Assembly: GCF_001194135.2 (NCBI RefSeq)
Contig: NC_069005.1
Location: 842,542-906,541, forward strand
Length of the DNA stretch: 64,000 nt
Direction of reading: 5' to 3'
Origin: Octopus bimaculoides
Lineage: Eukaryota
The notes below the pieces were generated by a model. That model had not been told where the DNA came from, made no database searches, and worked only from the letters and a program-made list of their open reading frames with translations. This document shows, one piece after another, positions 53,765 through 64,000 of the stretch. How positions within the stretch are numbered: position 1 is the first letter of the stretch; each line of letters opens with the position of its first letter. The translations under genes were made by a program, and so were the position numbers.

Positions 53765-54121
53765 ATTTTGAGAAAGCTGCTTCATTTCTCAACGAGTTTC
53801 TATTAAAACTTAGCGAAGATGTGGAATGTGCCGAGTTACGAGACTCTCTTACGCTGGCACTGTTACATATGCAGAAATACTACCGCATCTTACAGTGTCG
53901 TAGCCAAGAAAAAAATGCATACCAAGCAAATATGCTGCCTCTGTCTGCAAGAAGTCTCAGTCCGATGACACCGTTTATTGATGCCCCAGATAAGTTTTTA
54001 TGGAAATGGACAAACCTGGAAAGTACAAAACTCCGAAACTCTATGTCGTATATACTACCAAATATTATTCAAGCTACAAAAGAAGGAGACATTGAGAAAA
54101 TTCTAGAAATAGTTATGCAAG
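53765..54121 (+). CDS. Internal coding exon (357 nt, phase 1-1) of an unidentified gene, probably ankyrin-repeat containing
   Basis: Acceptor atttcccattttag|, donor CAAG|GTAATT; 119 open codons of balanced composition: (D)FEKAASFLNEFLLKLSEDVECAELRDSLTLALLHMQKYYRILQCRSQEKNAYQANMLPLSARSLSPMTPFIDAPDKFLWKWTNLESTKLRNSMSYILPNIIQATKEGDIEKILEIVMQ(G). The end resembles an ankyrin helix-turn-helix (LHxAAxxGDxExVxxLLxxG). Confidence 0.7.
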
Positions 54122-54659
54122 GTAATTTATTTATACATTTATTGATATGTTGTTGCTGCATGGTGCCTGGGCAAGCATCTTCTACTGTAGCCTCAGGTCA
54201 ACCAAAACCTTGCAAGTAGAATTGGGGGATGGAAATTAAAAGAAGCTCTTCGTATACATGTACATATATATATATATATATGAATCTGTGTAAGGATGTG
54301 TGTGTATGTGTTAGTATCTCTTTGTCTACACGCTGAGTGATTTTTGAAAACATGTATCGCTATCAGTATCTTTTGTCTCCAATCTTCCATGAAAACATGT
54401 CTGGCCATGGGGAAATATCATCTCACTTGGAAACAGGCAACAGAAAGGGCATCCAGTCATAGAAATTTGCTTCAACAAATCTCATCAAATTCCTGTAAAC
54501 AAAAGGGGATGTTAAAGCAATGATGATGAATGTAAACTAAATTCATCCTGAGCTTGTAATTTTGTACTTTGCATATCAAAGATAAGATGCATTTAAAAAA
54601 AATTAAAATGTTGTTGTTCCTTTTTTTTTTTTCCTTTTTGCTAATCTATGTTGCATATA

Positions 54660-54778
54660 TTAACCTTTTAGCATTCAGATTACTCAGTAGGTGTAAAGGG
54701 TCGAATCTGGAAATTTTTTACATAAAACAGGTTGAATATTTGAACCAGATAAAGTCAGTTTAAATGCTAACAGGTTAA
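54660..54778. mobile_element. Short TTAA-flanked MITE
   Basis: TTAA-CCTTTTAGCATT ... AATGCTAACAGG-TTAA. Confidence 0.65.
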
Positions 54779-56479
54779 ATGAACAATAGAAGTTGATTTT
54801 TATCCTGAAGTTATTTTCCCTTTATAGTATTAGTTACAAATCAGATGCTTTGATCTAAAAATATACCTAAAAAAAAAACCCATTATTTTCATGGAAAAAA
54901 TAAAAAAGGAAATACCTGTAAAATAGTCAAATATCAAATGTTTGTTTTCTTTGACTACTCGTAATAAGAAATATCTGTCACAAAGTGATTAGCCATATTA
55001 AATTTTGAAGGAGACAGAAATGAAAGATTTTCAAACTTCTCTTAAAGCTTTTTATTACCATATTTCCAATGAAATACGTAGCTTTTTAAATCAGTTGTCA
55101 TTATCAAACTGGTGTTTAGAACAATACAGAATTTGGATGGAAGGTTTTAGCACAGATCACTTTAAAACAGGAAGTTTACATCATGGAACCAGAGGTGGTC
55201 ACAAGGTGGATTGGTAGCAAAAGAATTAATCTATTAACAACCCCAAAATAAAATAAAATTGCTAAAGAATCAAAACCATATCAGCTCATCTCCGTTTCGT
55301 GGAATTTTTCCATGGATATAGAGAAACGATTCTTAGCTATATTTCAATAACTATTTCTTTTAGTTGATTGATGTTTATTTGGATACATATAGCAAGTACA
55401 TTTGATTAGGGCTGTATTAGAAGTTTACAAAGCCATGGGAGCTGAATGTTACTACCTGCTGCGATAACCAGCCAGGCCTGGATTTTTTATGATCAATGAC
55501 AAAAAGAACTAGTCTTTTTAGTGAGCCTAAGAACTTCAAAGAAGTGATATTCAGCTTACATAACTGAAGAATCTATTTGGAATTTGATGTTAGTTTTATT
55601 GAAGATAACATTCCCAGGTAATCTGGTACCTATCAGTACTAATAATATTGTACAATGCTTAGAGATGAAACAATATCCTTGCAGATAATTAAAACTCAAC
55701 ACATCTTCCTGTGTTAGCAATTCTGTATTCTACAAATCAAAATTAGGTTAAATTATCTTGTTTGTGTTGTATCAACCTTTCTGACAAGTAGCTAACACTT
55801 TGAGTAGTTGGCCTTAGAATCAATGAATAAAAAAGTTCTTGCAACTAGGTTTGTAGAAATGTGTCATGCTGATTACAGAGGAAAATATAACAATTACGAT
55901 GTATAAAGAAAGAAATCTAAAGATATCTTTCAAAAGAATCAATGAAATTACTCACCAAATTTTGATCTTCTAAAGAAAAAGAAATTGGTATCTTTTGGGG
56001 AATTTTTTTTCTTTCTTTTAAGATTTAATTTGAACAAAACTGTAATGTAATTGCTCAACTCTAATGAAAATTGTAATTAAGAGTTAAAGATCTCATTTTC
56101 CATTGGAATAATTCCAATGGAAAAGAAAATCGTCAATTGTTTCTAACACGCTTATAATTTCAAGAGTAAATAAGAAAATGGAAATGTGTGCTGTTCATGC
56201 CTTTTCTGTGCTTGGGTGGGAACATTTGCATCGTAAATGAAATGGTTCTAACAAGAACTGAAGCCAAGTTGCCAACTCATGTCAGTGGTAATTTACTGCT
56301 TTCTCATAACCCTCAGTCATGCATACAATATCAAAAGTTGGATTCTTATCTAGGTGTAAGATGTTTAAGCAAAAAGAAATTAGGGTGCTGTGATGGTTGG
56401 GAGTTTAGACACCCATTTGCTAATGCCTGGAACTAGGTTTCTAATTATCGTGTGTGTGTGTGTGTGTGTGGGTGGAGGT

Positions 56480-56645
56480 GGGGGTGATTTGAGCTCTTGT
56501 GGATATTTACCATTTCTCCATTAGGCTTCTTGTAGGGGTAGTATTTGCCAGTGTTCAGGCTTAAAGTTATGTCCAAGAAATCGACCATAGTCAGGTTGGT
56601 AGTAACCATTATGGACAGACTGAACTCTTTGAATAGTTTTATCAA
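56480..56645 (-). mobile_element. Penelope-like retroelement reverse transcriptase fragment
   Basis: [55 protein letters not shown] matches the PLE RT palm/thumb pattern ..FLD(V/I)TL..Y.PY.KP...Y(I/V)H..SNHP. Confidence 0.85.
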
Positions 56646-56672
56646 GTATATATGTCTGTATATATGTGTGTT

Positions 56673-56729
<57 letters not shown>

Positions 56730-56828
56730 GTATACATATATATATGTATGTGTGTGTATATATATGTATATATATGTATATATATGTGTATATATTAGCA
56801 ACTGAGGTAGTATTAATTAATTCCAAGT

Positions 56829-57253
56829 GGTGATACTTCTTGCCACTTAGATGTGAATGTTCTGTTAGAACAACCTATACTGTTATAGTTACCATGAGAG
56901 AAACTCTTGTATAGGCTTTTGGTGCACACTTGTTTATATCGCTAACAGGGAGATAAATTCCCACAGACTCTAGCACCAAGACCACCAGATGATATGATTT
57001 CAACCTTCCGTAGTCTCATCAGTGGTGGATGCTCGACCACTAGAGATAGTAGTGATAGTAGTATACATCCCTGCCAGCGATATATAAAAGTCAGTGCCAG
57101 AACAAGCACTGGTGTTATGATTAGCTCATGAGCTTATTAAAAGATATATATATTAGCGACAGATGCAATATACCGAGAGGTAATATTTCTTCCCACCTGT
57201 ACATGGATGTTCTGTTAGAACAAACTATACTGTGGTAGATACCATGAAAGAAA
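56829..57253. repeat. Diverged direct repeat with 350-bp period (56829-56903 vs 57179-57253) flanking the hammerhead
   Basis: ggtgatacttcttgccac...atgttctgttagaacaacctatactgttatagttaccatgagagaaa vs ggtaatatttcttcccac...atgttctgttagaacaaactatactgtggtagataccatgaaagaaa. Confidence 0.8.
56982..57028 (-). ncRNA. Degenerate minimal type I hammerhead ribozyme (Penelope-like/retrozyme type)
   Basis: Minus strand reads CCACCA-CTGATGA-GACT[ACGGAA]GGTT-GAAA-TCATATC-ATC-TGGTGG: 6-bp stem I, intact CUGAUGA and GAAA core, stem II with G.U pairs, 2-bp stem III with near-palindromic ATCATATCAT, AUC cleavage triplet. Confidence 0.7.
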
Positions 57254-57266
57254 ATCACATTTGGTG

Positions 57267-57300
<34 letters not shown>

Positions 57301-58139
57301 CACATGTATGTATAAGTGCATAGATTCATGTATATAATAGCTGAGTTGAGTTACAGCCCTTTCAACAACACATTTTACATTTTTTTTTTTCTTGGATGTT
57401 AGTTAGACCTTTTACTTAACATCACTAAAATCACTTTTTGTTGAAATATATGTAATTCATCCCTTTGGGAATGACATCACACTCACAGGCACTGCTGTTC
57501 TTTACTCTTTTAAACATCTGAAATTGTACGAACAGAACTGTCATTTATATAGACAAGGATGGGATGTGAGTCAGTAAATTACGTATTTTTCCGTGTATTT
57601 GTGTGTGAAAGAAAGTTTTAAAAATTTACAATGTAACTCCATTTATGTGACTAATAAGCTAAATGCCTTTTAATATGAAAAAAATATAAAAGAACAGATT
57701 TGTATGTAAAAGTTATAAGCAGTCCATTCCCTTCAAACGCTGCTGTCCTTGTCCCACTTACAAGAGCAGAAGCAATGCATTAGCATCTATGGGTAGAAAC
57801 ATTACTGCACTGACTGGCAGCAAATGTTGTTGCTCACACTAGATTTGGGTCAGCTCTGGGATTTTTCTTTCTTTCTTTTCTTGTTTTTTTTTTTTTGTCT
57901 TTTGGATGTATTTGTGAAGTTAAAGTAACAACAAAGCCGAACAATGAAATCAACAAAAATTCCATAGGAAAATACCGTTTGTTTCAAGTAAAAGAAACCC
58001 ATATCAAAGGCAAATGTTTAAAAATTACCATTTATATCAAAATGAAATACATAGCTTATAGAGGTAATAAAACAGTTGCGTAATTCAAATAGAGAGATGC
58101 TTCAGTATTGTCTGTATGAACAAATGTTTCTATTTCTCC

Positions 58140-58180
<41 letters not shown>

Positions 58181-58185
58181 GTGTA

Positions 58186-58225
<40 letters not shown>

Positions 58226-58319
58226 CTGGCGTTGTTGAGAAGTTAAAAAGTTCACTTCCCAACCACAAGTTCCAGGGTTAAAAAAAAAATGAATCGCGAA
58301 CCATAAATCCCCAAGTACA

Positions 58320-59200
58320 GATGCCCTCAGTGTTACAGAAGTATTAAAAGCAGAAGGAGGGATCATGGGTAATATGTTAACAGATAATGCTTAAACTAGA
58401 GTGAGAAAGTGAGATGACTCCAAAACTCCAGACCCATACACCTCCTCTTCTTCCAATTTATGGAAAGGGTTGACAAAGCAAAAATTAAAAGGCAATTTCT
58501 TTATTGTCAATAGCAGCGAAAGTGTTTTAAAAGAATTCTCGGTGACAGAAAAGCAAGGAAAACCAAAGAAGCAACAGGAATGAGAGACAGTTTGGTTTTA
58601 GAATTAACAGAGGTACAGTTGATGCCATTTTTATAGTCAGACAGGTCGTTGAGTTCTCTTATATATCTCCTTCATTGACTTTGGCACAGTCTGGGAGGCA
58701 AGCCCTACTGCTATGGAAGATGATGACTGCAATTAATGTAGACCTCATGATAGTGTAGATTATAACAGTCACTCTGCTACAATACCAAGTATACTGTGAC
58801 TATGGATGGTCAAGTGAAGGATTGGTGTGAAATTCACATGGGTCTGAGATAAGGCTCTATATATTAACCTCTACCCTTTTCAACATCTCCCTGAAATTTG
58901 TCATGAGACAACTCAAAAACCCACGTAAAAATCTGGCATTTACTAGCCACATCTCGATGAACATTAGATGTGCTGCTGATGGTACACCCCTAATATCCAT
59001 GGTCTTTGATAAATTGAAAATGATCCACTGGATGAAGCATGTAAAAAAAAAAATGGGATACCAAAATAACTGGTAAAGAATACAAGATGCTGTCACCTAG
59101 AAAATGAAAATGGTTCTGAAGTAGAACATGTCACAGTTTTTGTTTCTTGGCAATATAATACCGAATGGATTAGGGAATGTGAAAAATCAGTTCATACAAG
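58320..59200 (+). mobile_element. Decayed RTE-type LINE RT fragment
   Basis: LKAEGGIMGNMLT, DFGTVW, WCEIHMGLR*GSILTSTLFNISLKFVM and NIRCAADG echo RTE domains (AFDRVW, GVRQGCLLSPTLFN, LRFADD). Confidence 0.7.
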
Positions 59201-59767
59201 CTTTTATGGTATTTGAAGATTAAGAAATATAATCTGAAACAGGCAGGATATCAGCCAGCAACTCAGAGTTAAACTGTACAACGCCCATCGTCTTTCCATT
59301 GGCAATCAGTGTCATAAAGATGAAACTTAAAATCTGAAGACACACACAGACGAGAAATTTTGAAATGCAGTGTTTGCTTAATATATGAAGGGATACCATT
59401 ATGAGACAGGCGCGAAAAGCACTGAGCAGACAGAACAATTATTGTTGATAAAAATACTTTGCAACATTCATTGCAGTTCTTTATGCTCTGAGTTCAATCC
59501 CTCAGAGGTCATATATATACATATATACGATGGGCTTCTTTCAGTTTCTGTCTACCAAATCCACTCACAAGGCTGTGGTTGGCCCGAGGCTATAGTAGAA
59601 GACACTGAACCCGGAACCATGTGGTTGGTAAGCAAACTACTTACCACACAGCTACTCCTGTATGTAATATGTGTGTATGTATACATATGTATGTCTATGT
59701 GTGTGTGTGTGTATGTACGTATGTATGTATGTATGTATGTATATATGTATATATGTATGTATGTATG

Positions 59768-59801
<34 letters not shown>

Positions 59802-60984
59802 TGTATGTTTGTATATCAGCAGATGCTCCTATAAATGTTTTCCTGGTGAATTGTAACTTCAGATATTTCAGTTTAAATAACTTGGCAACCAGCAGTACGA
59901 ACCAATCAATCAAAGCCATTTCAACATGTGGAATATGTCTGCTGTACTGCAGCTAATCTATTAAATCATTACTTGGCAATCAAAATTTTAAAGATCAATA
60001 TAAGATATGTTATTGAATTGAAATTTCAAAATTGTACAGTTTTATTTTATTGATTAAGCTTCAATCAAGATGAAAGACATGACAGTATATAACACGATAC
60101 GAAATATGGTGATTTTTCATCAATAATTGAGACTTTCCTTAGTGATTGCCAGAAGACATATATATAGGTGTGAAGGCCATTAGGTAGGTAAGGTGGCTGG
60201 TTGGCAATCTGGTTCCATGTTTTGGTTCACTTGGCAATTACATGGAATGGATCAGTGTTATATTTCTTCTTATTTCACAATAATTTTAAAAGCTGCCTCT
60301 TGATTAGTTTTTCAAATTGATGACAGAAGCTATAGTGAATAAAACTTTACATTTACAATCTCCTCCTCCTCCTCCTACCCCCTCTTTCTCAGCTAAATAT
60401 TACATAACATTAAAAAAATCAATCAGGTTTTACCATCTTACAAATTCTGTTTTTAGATGATTGTGTTAATTTTTTTTTTACTTTGGTTTAATTCAAATGA
60501 CATTAGTAAATATGAAACATTTAATTTCCCCCTTGATAATTACAAGGAGATAATTAGAATTATCAATGAAACAAACTGATGAGACTGAGCTTATCTTACA
60601 TTTAAATGAAATCATTTACAGACAAATAAATCGGCAGATATCTGATCATGTTTATGGCAGTAGTTTTGGTCCTTTTGTTACATTCTTTTCAACCCCAGTT
60701 ATTAACAGAGAGAGAGAACAGTACTTAAGTAAGAATAGAAGGTCATCATGGAATATTTTCAAATTGCAAAAGGGACAGAGGATGAAAGAAGGGTGGGCTG
60801 GGTGAGGTTGCAAGAATCTGTGGTGAGAGTGAGAGATGGCTAGAGACGAGGGAGGGAGAGTTAGATATAGTGAATGGTGACAAAGTGTGGAGGAGTGGTC
60901 TATGGTAAATGTGAGTTGGGGGGGGAGATGATGATAATAGTTATGTATGGACCTTTTGAGTGATGTGGGTGACTGAAGAAAATT

Positions 60985-61181
60985 TTTAACTGGGCCCCAC
61001 CTGCAAAGTCATGTGTTGTTTATCTTGATATGAGATCACCATGTTACACATGTATGGTTGTGATGCATGTGCCTGGTGTACCCTTATCAGCCGGGTAGTC
61101 ATGATGGGTATACTGGGCTTCATATATTTTACCCCAGTGTCACTTTGAGGCATGGACTGCTCTCTCACTCAAGAAGAAGAA

Positions 61182-61228
<47 letters not shown>
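60985..61228 (+). repeat. Dispersed repeat 3' end with (AGA)n(AGT)n tail (LINE/SINE 3' terminus)
   Basis: ggccccacctg..gatatgagatcaccatg..ccagtgtcactttga..gctctctcactcaa followed by a trinucleotide tail; recognised by pattern only. Confidence 0.5.
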
Positions 61229-62388
61229 AATAAAGGAAGGATGAGAAAAATGGAGATGATGGATGTGTATGGGTGAGTGGAGAGTAAGAGACATACAGTG
61301 ATGGACAGAGACATGGGTGAATCAATAGGAAGTAGTTCAGAGGAGAGGGAGAGATGACTGGTAGCACAGATAAAGATGATGAAATATGCAATTCTTCTCT
61401 CATTTAATTATAGCAGCAAAATACTACAAGCGATAGTAGCATGTCCATGTCTCCCTCTTTACAGAATCACTAAATGCAGGTATGTGATAACCCACTTGTT
61501 CACACTTCGCAACCACATCCTGATTCTCTCTGCTGTTTTGCAATGTAGAATATATCATGTCTCTAGTTCCTATGTTGTAGAACATTGGCAAACCTCATAC
61601 TTTCTGGTTCCTCCCTGGCTTAATAAACCTGTCACCTAGCTTCTCTTCTCACTATCCATTTTAATTTTCTGCTGGCTCCATTCTTCCAATCTTTCCAAAT
61701 TTTCTAAAACTCATTGAAATGTGCCTCTCCAGTCAACAATAAATCTTTCATTTTCAAATATACATATATTTAAATAACACCACAGTAACACAACTTATTC
61801 GAAATGCTGAACATATGAGTCAAGTCCATTTTATTCTTTCTTCATATAATTATTAGCTGTTTATATATTTATATGTATGTATTCCCTGATACAATAGACA
61901 TTATATTTTCGCTTAGAAGCCTCATCACCTATGATCATTCAGTCCTTTAGGTCTCAAACACAAAATTCACTCATCAAGATCAGCTTAAATTGAGCAGCGA
62001 TCAATACTGTTGAATACTCCAGTCTTTAATTTCATGGTAGATCAATGAAGCCAACAAAAGAGGCATCAATATCCTTTGTTGTACCCTGTATGCTGTAAGT
62101 TATTGATATACCTAATTAAAAATTATCCACGTCCATTAGTTTGATTTTAGTTATTTTGGTATTATGATTTTTGCTATGTATTAATTCCCAACCATTCCCT
62201 ATTGGTGAATAAACAAACTAGATTTATATTTCTGCTAGAATGTTCTGTATGTATCAATTTATTGTCCTTCATCACCACTAGATTGGACTATAGAAACTAT
62301 TTTGTATGAATATTTAGTTTCTTCATTCAAAACATGAATGCATATCTATGTACATGCATATGTAAGTGTGTGTGTGTGTGTGTGTGTA

Positions 62389-63234
62389 CAGGGTGTGGTG
62401 AATAAACTGTTGTCTAAATTATGCAAAAATGAAAATAACACTGACATCTCATTTTAACAGATATATTTACCAAAATTACATGAAAATATCGTGAAATACC
62501 AAAGAGTAAATTTAATCAATAAAATCGCCATTGGCTTCGACCATGGCCTCCAGAGGACTTCAGAATCTCCTGTAACTCTTCTGGGTGGTCTCCTTGTTTA
62601 AGTTAGTGAATGCTGCCATAATCCTTGCCTTCAGTTCATCTTTGGTGTTACAAAGAGTTTTGTTGGTCTCTTGCTCAACTGCGCCCCACACATTATAATC
62701 AAGGGGGTTGCAGTCTGGGGAGTTAGGTGGTCAGATGTTAGGGGTGATGTGGTCACAGAAATTGTCTGACAGCCACAACTGGGTTCTCCTGCTTTAGTGG
62801 CATGGTGTAGAGTCCTGTTGCCAGACATAGGTTCTTCCAGCAGTCACCCTCTTGACTCAGGGCAGCATTACCTCCTCTGAGTCTGAGGCCATGTGAAAAA
62901 ATGAATGTAGCCATAACGTCACCATCACAAGTGATCACTTGAAACACCATGATGTTGACTGGATGTTTGTTTTGTATCACTCTCAGTTCATGTCCTCAGA
63001 TTGACATCCAAACACTCTGAAATGTTCGTACTGGAGCATCTGGCATGAATGCCAAGCAGTACAGCATGTAATTTCCAAATTTCTGGCAGAGTGAATTGTG
63101 TCATGGTGCTGTTTTTGTCACAGACAGTGCCCAACTGATCCTACTATACTGTGTAGTCAACAAAATCAAAAACAAACAATGTGCTTGTGTGAAATTAAAA
63201 ATATAAATGGCAACAATTTACCCATCGCACCCTG
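62389..63234 (-). mobile_element. Internally deleted, decayed Tc1/mariner transposon of the DD37D (maT) type
   Basis: TA flanks at 62387-62388 and 63235-63236; imperfect TIRs CAGGGTGTGGTGAATAAACTGTTGTC / CAGGGTGCGATGGGTAAATTGTTGCC; transposase relic KHPVNIMVFQVIT..YVWQQDSTPCH*..*PPNSPDCNPLDYNVWGAVE..ANGDFID* with 37 residues between the 2nd and 3rd Asp and in-frame stops. Confidence 0.9.
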
Positions 63235-63238
63235 TATG

Positions 63239-63273
<35 letters not shown>

Positions 63274-63589
63274 TCATTCTTGTATTCATTCATTCATTCA
63301 TTCTAAACCATGTGAACAGAAAAACCACATCATTGACTCCCAGACATGTATCAGCCTCTGGCACATAGATGTACTGTTTCATTTCCTTGCCTGCCCTTTT
63401 TTTGCTGCCACTACAATTGTTTCTATTTCTGAGATCTGGACTAGTGTGTGCCATGCTTCTTTCACTCAACCACTTCTGACTCATTTGTTTCTCCTCTTCT
63501 CATCACCCATCACAAACAAAAAGAAAAGAAATATGGCAACATGGGAAAATAGATGCTAAAACAGATTATTCTTATATTATAGTAATGTA

Positions 63590-63810
63590 AAGCCAGCAAG
63601 CTGGCAGAATCATTGCCATGCCAAGCAAAATGCTTAGAGATATTTGGTCCGTCTTCAGGTTTTGAGTTCAAATTCTGCTGAGGCGAACTTTGTCTTTCGT
63701 CCTTTTGGGGTCGATAAAATAAGTACTAGTTGATCACTGGGGTCGATGTAATCAACTTGCACCCCTCTCCCAAAATTGCTGGCCTTGTGCCAAAATCTGA
63801 AACCATATTA
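63590..63810 (+). mobile_element. SINE copy (second family)
   Basis: gctggcagaatc..gcaaaatgcttag..gagttcaaattctgctgaggcgaactttgtctttcgtccttttggggtcgataaaataagtac..ggggtcgatgtaatc. Confidence 0.8.
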
Positions 63811-64000
63811 TAGTTATATATGCAAATCCAAGAACGTTGCTTTTGAATTCATACATCAATGAATGTTTTATCTTCTGAAAGAAGTTAACGAAAGAAAGGA
63901 AAGAGAAAAAGAAAGAGAATGAATGAGTGAGGGTATGATATGTATACATACATAACCTCATGTATAGATGTACGTACACACACGTCATACAAATTCCCTG

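Noticed and set aside
55171-55205. GSLHHGTRGGHK, resembling an ankyrin TxLHxAAxxGH motif
   Set aside because: Poor polypyrimidine tract, weak donor GTGGAT, and the joined sequence does not give correct ankyrin spacing.
62041-62094. 54-nt exon-like segment INEANKRGINILCCTLYA with a GTAAGT donor, faintly ankyrin-like
   Set aside because: Phase 0 start is incompatible with the phase 1 end of exon 53765-54121 without an unseen exon; the acceptor and similarity are weak.

Overview
AT-rich animal genomic DNA with many N gaps and dense microsatellites. The tRNA-headed SINE families and microsatellite load look like an octopus or other coleoid cephalopod draft assembly (inference from repeat recognition). 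Genes: (1) last coding exon of a mitochondrial Na+/Ca2+ exchanger, NCLX/SLC8B1-like (+, 839-1036). (2) A complete 7-exon protein phosphatase 1 catalytic subunit, alpha/gamma type (-, ATG at 47383, stop ending at 14400; 984 nt, 327 aa, all introns GT-AG, 22 kb first intron), convergent with the exchanger. (3) An unidentified + strand gene head-to-head with PP1, with a 357-nt internal exon at 53765-54121 ending in an ankyrin-like helix and a candidate micro first exon at 48214-48232. The rest is SINEs, decayed LINEs (RTE and CR1/L2/Jockey-like), TTAA-flanked and other foldback MITEs, a DD37D Tc1/mariner relic and a Penelope-like RT fragment. The most unusual signal is a degenerate type I hammerhead ribozyme (-, 56982-57028). 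It sits inside a long self-complementary stem in a ~350-bp directly repeated unit next to the Penelope-like RT fragment, which suggests a retrozyme or pseudo-LTR. A tight CRE cluster, a YY1/CCAAT-rich probable bidirectional promoter and an inverted SINE pair in PP1 intron 4 are also worth checking.
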